In this document: positions 9,474-19,169 of the stretch, piece by piece
Layout of the letters: each line of letters opens with the position of its first letter
Numbering within the stretch: the stretch's first letter is position 1
From: Vicinamibacterales bacterium
GTDB lineage: Bacteria; Acidobacteriota; Vicinamibacteria; Vicinamibacterales; UBA8438
Direction: 5' to 3'
Length of the DNA: 64,000 bases
Assembly: GCA_937766455.1 (NCBI GenBank)
Contig: CALLXD010000024.1
Location: 19,519-83,518, forward strand
Program-made: the position numbers and the translations under genes
The notes under the pieces: model-generated
Database searches by the model: none
What the model saw: only the letters and a program-made list of their open reading frames with translations
What the model was told of the DNA's origin: nothing

Positions 9474-10489
9474 GAAACGGTCCAGGTATCTCCAGAGTTG
9501 AGGAGTGCGCTCAAATCTCCGTCACCGCGGTCTTCGCGTGCGGCATCGACCTGTGCGTTCAGCAATTCATCGTAGCGCGGCACGTCCACCGCCCGGAAGA
9601 CCCCGATCGGCTCGGGGAACCCGTCTTCGTGACGCAGCCGGCTGAGCAGATATGCCAGGCTGGGTTCGGGCGCATGTGCGTCGTGCACGAGCAAATCGGC
9701 TTCGGTCACGCCGTCGCCGAGCTCCACGACTTCTGGCTCAAGTCCGTTCAGGCGAATCCCTTTCTGGCGATCCGCTCCAAAGATCAGGGGTTTTCCGTGT
9801 TCCAGCTCGATCGTGTTCTCCGACCGCGTCTGTCGGCCGGTGGCGTAGTCGAACGCGCCGTCGTTGAACACGTTGCAGTTCTGATACACCTCCACGAACG
9901 AGGTGCCCCGGTGCTCGGCGGCCTGCCGGAGTACGCCTTCGAGGTGCTTGATGTGGGTGTCGACGGACCGGGCGACGAACGAACCCTCGCAGCCGATGGC
10001 AAGTGACAGCGGGTGCAGCGGGTTGTCAATCGCGCCCATGGGCGACGTCTTGGTTTTCTTGCCCAGCGGCGACGTGGGCGAGTACTGACCTTTGGTCAAC
10101 CCGTAGATGCGGTTGTTGAACAAGATGATGTTGATATCCAGGTTGCGGCGAATGGCATGCATCAGGTGGTTGCCCCCGATGCTCAGTCCGTCGCCATCGC
10201 CAGTGATGACCCAGACCATGAGGTCGGGACGCGCCACCTTGAGCCCGGTCGCAAACGCCGGCGCGCGGCCGTGGATGCTGTGAATGCCGTAGGTGTTCAT
10301 GTAGTACGGAAACCGGCTCGAACAGCCGATGCCGGAGATGAACACCATCTTCTCGCGCACGACCCCCAGGGAGGGCAGCATCTTCTTCATCTGCGCCAGG
10401 ATGGAGTAATCGCCACAGCCCGGGCACCACCGGACATCTTGATCGCTGCCGAAATCGGCGGCCTTCAGAACAGGGAGTTCAGTCCTCAT
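9470..10489 (-). CDS. korB: 2-oxoacid:ferredoxin oxidoreductase, beta (TPP-binding) subunit
   Basis: 339-aa ORF. Contains WCPGCGDYSIL, GIGCSSRFPYYM, GDGDGLSIGGNHLMHAIRRN and NNRIYGLTKGQ, all typical of KorB. Confidence 0.9.
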   Translation of the reverse strand: MRTELPVLKAADFGSDQDVRWCPGCGDYSILAQMKKMLPSLGVVREKMVFISGIGCSSRFPYYMNTYGIHSIHGRAPAFATGLKVARPDLMVWVITGDGDGLSIGGNHLMHAIRRNLDINIILFNNRIYGLTKGQYSPTSPLGKKTKTSPMGAIDNPLHPLSLAIGCEGSFVARSVDTHIKHLEGVLRQAAEHRGTSFVEVYQNCNVFNDGAFDYATGRQTRSENTIELEHGKPLIFGADRQKGIRLNGLEPEVVELGDGVTEADLLVHDAHAPEPSLAYLLSRLRHEDGFPEPIGVFRAVDVPRYDELLNAQVDAAREDRGDGDLSALLNSGDTWTVS

Positions 10490-10512
10490 CGAATTATCTT
10501 CTCTCGGTTGGG

Positions 10513-12383
10513 TTATGCCACGAGTTGTCTGATCGCGAAGGCGACTTCCGACACGGTGAACGGCTTGCCTTTGACCTTGTTGAGCCCGACGAGCTCGCGC
10601 ACGTAGCGCGCCTGCAGCAACAGACGCAGCTGGCCCATGTTCAATTCCGGCACGAGCACCTGATCGTACGCTTCGAGTAGCGCGCCCAGGTTCTTCGGGA
10701 ACGGATTCAAGTAGCGGAGGTGCGCGTGGGCGACCGAGAGGCCATCAGCCTGGCATCGTTGCACGGCGGTGGTACAGGTGCCATACGTCCCACCCCAGCT
10801 CACCACCAGCAGCTTGCCGGACTCAGGTCCGTTCACCTCCTGCAGCGGGATGTGATCCGCAATCTGCGAGACCCGTGCCGCTCGCACATTGGTCATGTGC
10901 TGGTGGTTCTCTGGGTCGTAGCTGACGTTGCCGGTCAGATCCTCTTTTTCCAACCCGCCGACGCGGTGCATCAACCCCTCTGTCCCGGGGATCGCCCAAG
11001 GGCGGGCCAGCTCCTCATTCCGCCCGTAGGGCAGGAACGTTTCACCCTCGGCCAGCGGGCCGGGGTGCTGGACCGGTATTGGAGCCAGGTCGTCGACGTT
11101 CGGCAGGCGCCACGGTTCGGACCCGTTCGCGATGTAGCCGTCGGACAGCAGATATGACCGGCGTCATGAAGCGGGTCGCGATACGCCACGCCTCCAGTGC
11201 CACCTCGAAACAGTCGCTGGGACTCCGGGTCGCGATGATCGGGAGCGGCGACTCGCCATTGCGCCCGAACATGGCCTGCAACAGATCTGACTGTTCGGTC
11301 TTGGTCGGGAGGCCGGTGCTCGGGCCACCGCGTTGGATATTGATGACGATCATGGGCAGCTCGAGAATCATGCCCAGGCCCATGGCCTCGCCCTTCAGCG
11401 CAATGCCCGGCCCGCTCGAACTGGTGACCGCCATGGAGCCCGCGAAGGCGGCTCCAATCGTGGAGCACATCGCCGCGATTTCGTCCTCCGCCTGCACCGT
11501 CTTGACCCCGAAGTGCTTGAGCGAGCTGAGTTCCTCCAGAATCGAGCTGGCTGGCGTGATCGGATACGACCCGCAATACAGCTCTTTCCCGCTCAGTCGG
11601 GCCGCGGCGATCAGGCCCCAGGTCAGCGCCTGATTGCCCATGATGTTGCGATAGGTGCCGGGCGTGAGCTTGGCGGGCTCGACCTGGTAATTGTGGACGA
11701 ACGCCTCCGTCGTTTCTCCGTAGTACCACCCGGCGCGGAGTGACCGCTCGTTCGCCGCCTCTATCTCAGGTTTGCTGCCGAACTTGGCGTGCACAAACCG
11801 CAGCGTCGCGTCTAGATCTCGGCCGAACAGCCAGTAGATGAGGCCGAGCGCAAAGAAGTTCTTGCAGCGATCCTGGAGCTTCGAACTCAACCCTTCGATG
11901 TCTTTGACCGCCGCGCGGTTCAGCGTGTCCAGCTTCACCTCGATCAGACGGTAATCGGCGACCATGCCGTCTTCGAGTGGGTTGGTTTCGAGCCGAGCCA
12001 GCTTCAAGTCCTTGGGCTTGAAGGCCTCTGAGTTGACGATGAGGATGCCGCCCTTTTCGAGGTCAGCGATGTTGGTGACCAGCGCAGCCGGATTCATCGC
12101 GACGAGGGCGTTGAGCGTGTCACCTGGCGTAAAGATGTGGTTCGATGCGAACTGGACCTGGAAACCGCTGACCCCGGCCAGGGTGCCCGCGCGGCGCGCG
12201 AATTTCGGCCGGAAAATCGGGAAACGTGGCGAAATCATTGCCATGCAGGGCGGAGGTGTTCGTAAACTGCCCGCCGACGATCTGCATGCCGTCCCCGGAG
12301 TCGCCGGCCAGTCGGACCGTGGCGCCTTCGAGAACAATGGTCTCTTTATTGGACGAAAGTGGAGCTTCGGTTAGCACTGCCAT
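10513..12383 (-). pseudogene. korA: 2-oxoacid:ferredoxin oxidoreductase, alpha subunit, two frame interruptions (~12186-12196 and ~11151-11155)
   Basis: Three collinear pieces: 12120-12383 ([15 protein letters not shown]...[11 protein letters not shown]), 11042-12337 ([14 protein letters not shown]...YPITPASSILEEL...GGPSTGLPTKTEQSDL) and 10513-10974 (C-terminal domain). Deleting one base at each junction restores ...EIRAPAGTLAGV... and ...FMTPVILLSDGYIANG... Confidence 0.85.
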
Positions 12384-12421
12384 GTGTGACTTGCGCCTCG
12401 GTTTGAGCTAACAGCGACGGT

Positions 12422-12887
12422 CTATGCGCCTTCGCGGGTATCCGTCGCGTGGTGAGGGGTGGGCGGGAGGTTGTAGATGGTGGTCGGAAAACAATCAACG
12501 AGGAAATGCAGAATACTGTGAGCCTTCAGGAACCCAATCGGACGTCCCGCGGCATCGACGATGGGCAACCGGCGATACCCTCCGGTGGACATCTTGCCGA
12601 TCGCGGTGGCCACTGTGTCTCGCTCTGAGAGGGCCACCGGCGAATCGGACATCACCCGTTCAATGGGGATGTCGAGGTCGGCGTCGTCTGCCAAGCAGCG
12701 CCAACGCGTCCCGCTCGGTGAAAATGCCGGCCAGGCGACCCGCCCGACAGATGAGGACCGCACCGCGTCCCTGGTCGTTCATCCGCCGAAATGCCTCACG
12801 CACCGGTGTCTCCGGTTCGAGGCAGATGGGATTCGAGCTGTACACCCCGTCAAGCGTCGCGGTGTCTAGTTTGAGCAGGAAACTCAT
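12422..12887 (-). pseudogene. CBS-pair domain protein, frame interrupted near 12690-12696
   Basis: ORF 12660-12887 (ETPVREAFRRMNDQGRGAVLICRAGRLAGIFTERDALALL) continues in ORF 12422-12763 (DDADLDIPIERVMS...GGYRRLPIVDAAGRPIGFLKAHSILHFL). One base too many lies at the junction. Confidence 0.7.
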
Positions 12888-13015
12888 GGCCGTACACCAG
12901 CGCGAATTCTAGCCCGGCGAGACAATGTGTCGGTTACAAGGAAGGGAGCATTTCCGCCCCCCAGATCCCTGCCACGTTATCACTCCTGGTGACGTGGAAC
13001 AAGCCTGATGTGTGG

Positions 13016-13047
13016 CCGACCCCGACTGATATTTCAGTCGGGGTCGG
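13016..13047. repeat. Perfect 14-bp inverted repeat (hairpin/palindrome) in a divergent intergenic region
   Basis: CCGACCCCGACTGA tatt TCAGTCGGGGTCGG, read directly from the sequence. There is no adjacent T-run. It lies between the starts of the minus-strand CBS/kor operon and the plus-strand gene at 13255. Confidence 0.6.
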
Positions 13048-13254
13048 AGTCACTGAAAGACGCACGGAGGCGGTATGATCGCGCCTACGCGGGGTGCTCG
13101 GGGCGACGCGGCCACCAACGGCGTGGCCGCTCGACGCCTCTGCTCTGTCGGCGCCCTTGATTGTCCCGCGTGCGCTGCTCTTCGTGCGTGTCGTCGGCGG
13201 CAGCCGTTCGGGCAGCGAGATGTCGCGGAGTTACCGAAAGTGAGAGGAAGACGG

Positions 13255-14262
13255 ATGAGTCGAAGATGTGCGCGTCGACTGATGCTGGTCGCCTGCGTGG
13301 TGCTGGTGGCTACACAGGCAACGGCGCAGGATGCCGCCCAGGCGGGACATCGGCCCAACGGCGACCCCGACATTCAAGGGTTGTTCACATTTAGAACCCT
13401 GACGCCACTGCAGCGCCCGGTCAACGATGCCGGCGCGACGGCGCTGCTGGCGAACCGGGAGACGCTGACCGAGGAGGAGGCGGCCGAATTCGAGGCGTCC
13501 CGGCGCAAGGAATTGAACCGCGATACCCAGAATCTCGAGGTTCATGCGCCTGGGGTTCGGTATCAATCTCGCGCGGAAGGCGGCGTCGGCGGATACAACG
13601 AGTTCTGGTATGAGCGCGGTATTGAGCTGACACGCGACAAGCGGACCTCGCTGATCGTCGAGCCACCCAATGGACGGATACCGTATCGGGAGGAATACCA
13701 GGCGATGGCTCGTGCCCGTGGCGCGAACCTCGGCAGCGGGTTTGCCGATTCCTACACGGATCGGAGCCTGTCGGATCGTTGCCTGATGGGTTTCAACGCT
13801 GGTCCGCCCATGGTATCGAGCGCCTATAACAACAATGTGCTCATCGTGCAGACGCCGGACCACGTCGTCATCCTCAACGAAATGGTACACAACGCCCGCA
13901 TTATTCCGCTGGACGGCCGTGCGCACGGGACTCTGCCGCAGTACTCGGGCGACTCGCGGGGGCGCTGGGACGGAGATACCCTCGTGGTGGAGACCAGACA
14001 CTTCCTGCGCGAGACGAGCCTCGGCGGCTCAAGTCCAGAGACCGTACTGGTGGAACGGTTCCGACGCGTGGATCCCGATACGGTCATGTACGAGTTCACG
14101 GTCGAGGACCCCGGCGGGTTCACGGCACCGTGGACTGCGCTGATGCCGTTTCGTCGCACGGAAGGGCCGATGTTCGAGTACGCCTGTCACGAGGGGAACA
14201 TCGGGTTGGCTGGCATTCTCGCCGGGGCCCGGAACCTCGGTACGCAGCGCGTCGGCCCCTAG
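13255..14262 (+). CDS. Secreted protein of the PDLQG/ACHEGN family (paralog 2 of 5)
   Basis: ATG at 13255 follows GAGAGGAAG. Signal peptide MSRRCARRLMLVACVVLVATQATAQ. Motifs GDPDIQGLF, TPLQRP, GGYNEFW, TSLIVEPPNGRIP, SDRC, YNNNV, ARIIPLDGRAH, WDGDTLVVETRHF and FEYACHEGNIG. Confidence 0.8.
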   Translation: MSRRCARRLMLVACVVLVATQATAQDAAQAGHRPNGDPDIQGLFTFRTLTPLQRPVNDAGATALLANRETLTEEEAAEFEASRRKELNRDTQNLEVHAPGVRYQSRAEGGVGGYNEFWYERGIELTRDKRTSLIVEPPNGRIPYREEYQAMARARGANLGSGFADSYTDRSLSDRCLMGFNAGPPMVSSAYNNNVLIVQTPDHVVILNEMVHNARIIPLDGRAHGTLPQYSGDSRGRWDGDTLVVETRHFLRETSLGGSSPETVLVERFRRVDPDTVMYEFTVEDPGGFTAPWTALMPFRRTEGPMFEYACHEGNIGLAGILAGARNLGTQRVGP

Positions 14263-14278
14263 ATAGGGGAGGCTGCAC

Positions 14279-14821
14279 TTGTCCTGTCCCGCCGTCTGTC
14301 GCCTGGGTGTTGCCCCGAAGTTCGCACTGCTGGTGCTCGGTCTGGGCTGTGGACTGCCGTCGGTCAACCTGGCCGCCCAAGACCTCGGCGCACTACAGGA
14401 CCGGCTGGCGATCGCCGAGCAGCTGGCTCAGTATTCCTATCGATGGGACTCGAAGGATTCCGAAGGCTTCGCGGAACTGTTCACGACAGACGGGGCCATG
14501 GACCGTCGGCGCGGCGGGGAGGTGGTGATCGGCGCTCGCGTGGTTGGCCACCAGGCCATCCTCGACTATGCGCGAACGTCTCATCAGGGCCGGCTCGCCG
14601 ACCGACAGACCCGGCACCATTTCTCGGCGCTCGTGTTCCTGGAACTGACAGCCGACTCCGCCGTCACCGAGAATATGGCGCTCATCACCCACCAACGGGC
14701 GGAAGACGACGCGGCCCGGATCAGTGCGTCTGGCATCTACCGAAATACCTGGAAGAAGACGCCAGCCGGGTGGAAGATTGCCGAACGCGTGCTGTTCGGC
14801 GACCGCTTCGTCAGTCCATAG
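14279..14821 (+). CDS. SnoaL-like / NTF2-fold protein with signal peptide
   Basis: TTG start at 14279 follows AGGGGAGG. Hydrophobic leader present. Pattern IAEQLAQYSYRWDSKD...FAELFTTDG...ILDY...HHF...IYRNTWKKTPAGWKIAERV is typical of SnoaL_4/NTF2-like proteins. Confidence 0.65.
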   Translation: MSCPAVCRLGVAPKFALLVLGLGCGLPSVNLAAQDLGALQDRLAIAEQLAQYSYRWDSKDSEGFAELFTTDGAMDRRRGGEVVIGARVVGHQAILDYARTSHQGRLADRQTRHHFSALVFLELTADSAVTENMALITHQRAEDDAARISASGIYRNTWKKTPAGWKIAERVLFGDRFVSP

Positions 14822-14869
14822 CCGGCCCCAGAGGTGGAGGTCCGGTCAGTTACCGCGTGTGAGACAGAG

Positions 14870-16552
14870 ATGACCACAATGAGCAAGACGAACGCCAGGC
14901 CGTGCTGGATGCTGGCAATCGCCTTCGGCGTGTCGGCCGGCCCCGCCATGTCGCAGACCACACAAGATCTCGTCAGCGATGCACTGACACCCGAGGACGT
15001 GCTCATTCACAGCATGGGCTACGACCGGCAGAGCTACAGCCCGCTCGACGAGATCAACACGTCCAACGTCACGCGGCTGGTGCCCATCTGGAGCACCAGT
15101 TTGATGAACGATGCGGGCGAACTCGCGGCGCCGACGATCTACGACGGCGTGATGTATGCGATCAACGGGAGCTGGACGTTCGCCATCGACGTCGCGACCG
15201 GCCACCAGATCTGGCGGACGCCGGTGACGATGGAGCCAGAGACGCGGCGCACTGGATACAACCGGGGTGCGCCCACTATTTACGAGGGCAAGCTCTTTCG
15301 CGTGACCTACGACAATCACCTGGTCGCGCTTGATCTGGAGACGGGCGTCGAACTCTGGAATGAAAAATTTGCTGAGCGGAGTGAGGGCTACTACTCGACC
15401 GGGGCGCCCATGGTCGCCAACGGCGTGTTGATCTCCGGGATGGCCGGTGGCGAGTCAACGACTCGGGGGTTCCTCGACGGTTGGGATCCGGACACCGGCA
15501 CGAAGCTGTGGCGCCGCCACACGATTCCCGCCCCGGGTGAGCCCGGATCAGAAACGTGGCCGGTGGATGGCGATGGCTGGCAGTATGGCGGTGCACCAAC
15601 CTGGCGCTCTGGCTCGTATGACCCGGAACTGGACCTCGTCTATTGGGGCACCGGAAACGCGGAACCGTATGACCCCCGGCCGCGAGGCGAGCTGGATAGT
15701 CTGTATACGTCGAGCGTGATCGCCATTCGCCCGACGACCGGAGAGATCGCCTGCCACTATCAATACACGCCGAACGACGTCTACGACGTGGACGGCACGG
15801 ATGAGCATGTCCTGGCTGATATCCAGGTGGACGGGCAACCGCGGAAGGTGATGATCCAGGCCAACAAGAACGGCTTCCTGTATGTCATTGATCGCACTGA
15901 CTGCTCGTTGATCGCCGCGCCGCCCTACGTGCAGGTGAACTGGGCCACGCACATCGACCTGGCCACCGGTCGGCCCGTATTGACCGATCTGTATGAGCGG
16001 TTTAAGGCTGGCGACGAAGTCTCCATCTTTCCGTCACGCGGTTCGAACGCCGTGCCGACCGCCTTCAACCCGTCTACGGGACTCATCTACACCAGTACCT
16101 GGAACATCCCGCGCATCCAGCAGATCGCGCCACCGAAGGAACAGGTGCTTGGTGGCGACTCCACCGGGATCAACGGTCGTTTCCCGACCTTCGAGCCAGG
16201 TGAGGTCCTCGGCCACTTCTTGGCCATCGATCCGCTGACGGGGGAGAAGCACTGGGAGGTACCGCTCACCGATTTTCCGAGCTCGGCCGGCATGCTCGCG
16301 ACGGGCGGGGGGCTGGCATTTACCGGGAAAGCGACCGGCGAATTCATCGCGCTCGATCAGGCGACTGGCGAGACGCTCTGGCAGTTCAAGACCGGTTCGA
16401 GCATCAATTCGACCGCGATTACCTACACGCACAATGGTCAGCAGTACGTCAGCGTGACGTCCGGGTTGGGCGGTCTGCTCGCCAATCGCTACGCGGCGGG
16501 CAAGGTGCCGACCGGGGGCGCAGTCTGGACGTTTGCGTTGATGCGGGAATAG
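14870..16552 (+). CDS. PQQ-dependent dehydrogenase, methanol/ethanol family (no vicinal Cys-Cys; D-V-D motif)
   Basis: Signal peptide present. Propeller hallmarks include YSPLDEINTSNV, AAPTIYDGVMY, ISGMAGGESTTRGFLDGWD, WQYGGAPTW, YWGTGNAEP, YTPNDVYDVDGTDE and NKNGFLYVIDR. The start could be 14870 or 14879. Confidence 0.85.
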   Translation: MTTMSKTNARPCWMLAIAFGVSAGPAMSQTTQDLVSDALTPEDVLIHSMGYDRQSYSPLDEINTSNVTRLVPIWSTSLMNDAGELAAPTIYDGVMYAINGSWTFAIDVATGHQIWRTPVTMEPETRRTGYNRGAPTIYEGKLFRVTYDNHLVALDLETGVELWNEKFAERSEGYYSTGAPMVANGVLISGMAGGESTTRGFLDGWDPDTGTKLWRRHTIPAPGEPGSETWPVDGDGWQYGGAPTWRSGSYDPELDLVYWGTGNAEPYDPRPRGELDSLYTSSVIAIRPTTGEIACHYQYTPNDVYDVDGTDEHVLADIQVDGQPRKVMIQANKNGFLYVIDRTDCSLIAAPPYVQVNWATHIDLATGRPVLTDLYERFKAGDEVSIFPSRGSNAVPTAFNPSTGLIYTSTWNIPRIQQIAPPKEQVLGGDSTGINGRFPTFEPGEVLGHFLAIDPLTGEKHWEVPLTDFPSSAGMLATGGGLAFTGKATGEFIALDQATGETLWQFKTGSSINSTAITYTHNGQQYVSVTSGLGGLLANRYAAGKVPTGGAVWTFALMRE

Positions 16553-16628
16553 CCAACGCGGTCGGGACGGTTGAGGCACGCGCACGCTGATGCCCTCGCC
16601 CTGAGTCGTTTGCGAAGAGGAACGGTCG

Positions 16629-17711
16629 ATGCTGCACCCAACTGACGATCTACGAATCGAGGGCCTGCGGCCGCTGCTGCCGCCCGCCATCTTGATGGAG
16701 GAGCTGCCGATCACGGAAGCGATCTCGACGACTGTGACGCAAGGCCGCCACGCGTGCGCCGAAATATTGCACGACCGCGACGACCGCCTTCTTGTCGTGG
16801 TCGGACCATGCTCCATCCACGATCCGGTGGCGGGACTCGAATATGCGCGACACCTCGCAACCGCTGCCCAGGCCCATTCGGATGACCTGCTCGTTGCGAT
16901 GCGCGTCTATTTCGAGAAGCCGCGGACGACGGTGGGGTGGAAGGGGCTCATCAACGACCCGCATCTCGACAACAGTTTTGCCATCAACGAAGGCCTCCGT
17001 GCTGCGCGTCGATTCTTGCTTGCCGTCCTCGACCTCGGCTTGCCCACGGGGACAGAATTCCTGGATCCCATTACGCCGCAGTTCATCGCCGATCTCGTGT
17101 GCTGGGGCGCCATCGGTGCCCGCACCTCCGAGAGTCAGGTGCATCGGGAGCTCGCGTCGGGTCTGTCGATGCCGGTCGGCTTCAAGAACGGCACGGACGG
17201 CACGGTGCAGACCGCGATCGACGCCATCGGATCGAGTCTGCATCCGCACCATTTCTTGTCAGTGACCAAGCAGGGGGTGGCCGCCATCGTCGGGACCCGT
17301 GGGAATCCTGACTGTCACGTGATTCTGCGCGGGGGGGCCGCGGGGCCAAACTACCGCGCTGCAGACATCGGCGAGGCTGTGTCGGCACTCGAAACGTCGA
17401 GCCTGCCTGGTCGGCTGATGGTCGATTGCAGCCATGCCAATAGTGGCAAAGACCACACCCGGCAACCGGCCGTGGTCGCCGACCTCGCAGGGCAGATCGC
17501 GAGTGGGCAGAGACAGATTTTCGGCGTGATGCTCGAGAGCTTTCTGCTCGACGGCAACCAGGCACTCCGTTCCGACACGGAGCTCACATACGGGCTGAGC
17601 GTGACGGACAAGTGTATGAGCTGGGAACGCACAGAACCCCTGTTCGACGTCCTGGCCCAATCCGTGCGCGACCGTCGTTCCGTGACCCCAGTCGCCGTTC
17701 CCGGGACGTAG
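16629..17711 (+). CDS. 3-deoxy-7-phosphoheptulonate (DAHP) synthase, class I
   Basis: 360-aa ORF. Contains DDLRI...LLPP, LLVVVGPCSIHD, KPRTTVGWKGLINDP and DCSHANS, all typical of the AroF/G/H type. The isozyme is not assignable. Confidence 0.9.
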   Translation: MLHPTDDLRIEGLRPLLPPAILMEELPITEAISTTVTQGRHACAEILHDRDDRLLVVVGPCSIHDPVAGLEYARHLATAAQAHSDDLLVAMRVYFEKPRTTVGWKGLINDPHLDNSFAINEGLRAARRFLLAVLDLGLPTGTEFLDPITPQFIADLVCWGAIGARTSESQVHRELASGLSMPVGFKNGTDGTVQTAIDAIGSSLHPHHFLSVTKQGVAAIVGTRGNPDCHVILRGGAAGPNYRAADIGEAVSALETSSLPGRLMVDCSHANSGKDHTRQPAVVADLAGQIASGQRQIFGVMLESFLLDGNQALRSDTELTYGLSVTDKCMSWERTEPLFDVLAQSVRDRRSVTPVAVPGT

Positions 17712-17800
17712 TGGCGCGACGGCGCAGGACAGGTCAGCGACGGCCTCGGCGATATACTGCCTGGCGCTAGCATCTGAATCCGCGAACGTTGCATCGGCAC

Positions 17801-18925
17801 ATGACACACGACGATCCCCGCACCGTCTGGAGCCGGCGCCGCGTCCTCGCGTCACTGCTCGGCGTAGGGGCGGTCGCGCCGTTCGTGCGAGGGAACCGCA
17901 ACGACGCGGACGGGGCGGTGCTGATGCGCTACACGGCGCATGTTCCCAATTCCCACGGGTTGTATGCGAGATGCTTCGTGCCCTGGCGAGACATCGTCAC
18001 CGAGGAGACGGGCGGCCGTATTCGCTGGGAGCACTATGTGGACGGATTGCTCCACGGGGCGCTCGATGGCTTCAAAGCTGTCGCGGCCGGGGTGACCGAC
18101 TACACGCACGCGTACGCGACCTACCAGCCGGGCAGTTTTCATCTGACGCACGGGCTGCAGTTACCGTTTCTCTTTCAGAACTCGGGTGTCGCCGCACTGG
18201 TATCCGAGGAACTGTATCCCGAGTATCTGAAGGGCGAATATGAGCGGATGGGTGTGTATCTGGCGCACTGCGACTCGACGACCGCCTACGACATCATGTC
18301 GAAGACACCGATTCGCACACCTGACCAGATGCGTGGCCTGAAGGTGCGCTCGACGGGCGGATTGATGGCAGATATTCTGCGTCAGGTTGGCGCTATTCCG
18401 GTGGTGCTGGCGGCGGCCGAGACCTACACCGCGTTTCAGCGGGGCATTCTTGACGCGGTCGCGGTGAGTGCCCCGGACATGGCGGCGTATCGGCTCTACG
18501 AAACGGGGAAGTTCTACCTGCGGATCAGGTTGACCCACACCGTCATTCAGTACTGCCTGAATCCGCGCACATTCGACCGGCTACCGGATGATCTGCGCGG
18601 ACAGCTCTACAACCTGTATCGCGTGCGGGGCCAGGTGGCGAATCGCAACTTCTATGGCGGCGAGGCGTTGGAGGAGGCGATTGAGACGTTGGAGGATGGA
18701 GGGGTCGAGGTGATTGACCCGACGCCGGACGAGCGCCAGCAATGGCGGGACGCCGTACAACCGCTGGAGCAACGGTTCATCGATCTGAACGCCGCGCGCG
18801 GGCTGCCCGCGGCGAGATTTGTGCAAGAGGCGAAGGAGCGAGCAGCGGTCTATGACGGGTGGACCGACCAGCAGCTCTGGGACCATGTGTGGGCGCGGCC
18901 AACGCCGGGGATCATTACGTTATGA
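17801..18925 (+). CDS. TRAP-transporter-type periplasmic solute-binding protein (DctP family), no adjacent DctQM
   Basis: The ATG at 17801 gives a TAT-like leader (SRRRVLASLLGVGA). DctP-like segments LKVRSTGGLMADILRQVGAIPVVLAAAETYTAFQRGILDAV. No membrane subunits are encoded nearby. Confidence 0.7.
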   Translation: MTHDDPRTVWSRRRVLASLLGVGAVAPFVRGNRNDADGAVLMRYTAHVPNSHGLYARCFVPWRDIVTEETGGRIRWEHYVDGLLHGALDGFKAVAAGVTDYTHAYATYQPGSFHLTHGLQLPFLFQNSGVAALVSEELYPEYLKGEYERMGVYLAHCDSTTAYDIMSKTPIRTPDQMRGLKVRSTGGLMADILRQVGAIPVVLAAAETYTAFQRGILDAVAVSAPDMAAYRLYETGKFYLRIRLTHTVIQYCLNPRTFDRLPDDLRGQLYNLYRVRGQVANRNFYGGEALEEAIETLEDGGVEVIDPTPDERQQWRDAVQPLEQRFIDLNAARGLPAARFVQEAKERAAVYDGWTDQQLWDHVWARPTPGIITL

Positions 18926-19169
18926 CTCCACCCGAGGGCGACGTGGCGACGGTCTGTCTGTTCAGTTCGCGCTGACCACTCCTGTTGCGAACTCCGCAGT
19001 CGGGGGCCCTCGTCATCATGGCCTGGTGACCGCGTTTGCCGAGATCGCGCGGTGGATCCAGCGCCCGAACCCTTGACTGCTATACTTATCCGTTTGTCAG
19101 GACGTTAGACCATTGGGTGAGACATGGTGGATGTCCATTCGGTGTTGAGCTAGAAGGATCAAGAACCTC

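Noticed and set aside
19060-19110. TTGACT and TATACT hexamers upstream of the aldolase gene as a sigma-70 promoter
   Set aside because: The two hexamers are only 2 bp apart, far from the required ~17-bp spacing. No alternative -10 element sits at the right distance.
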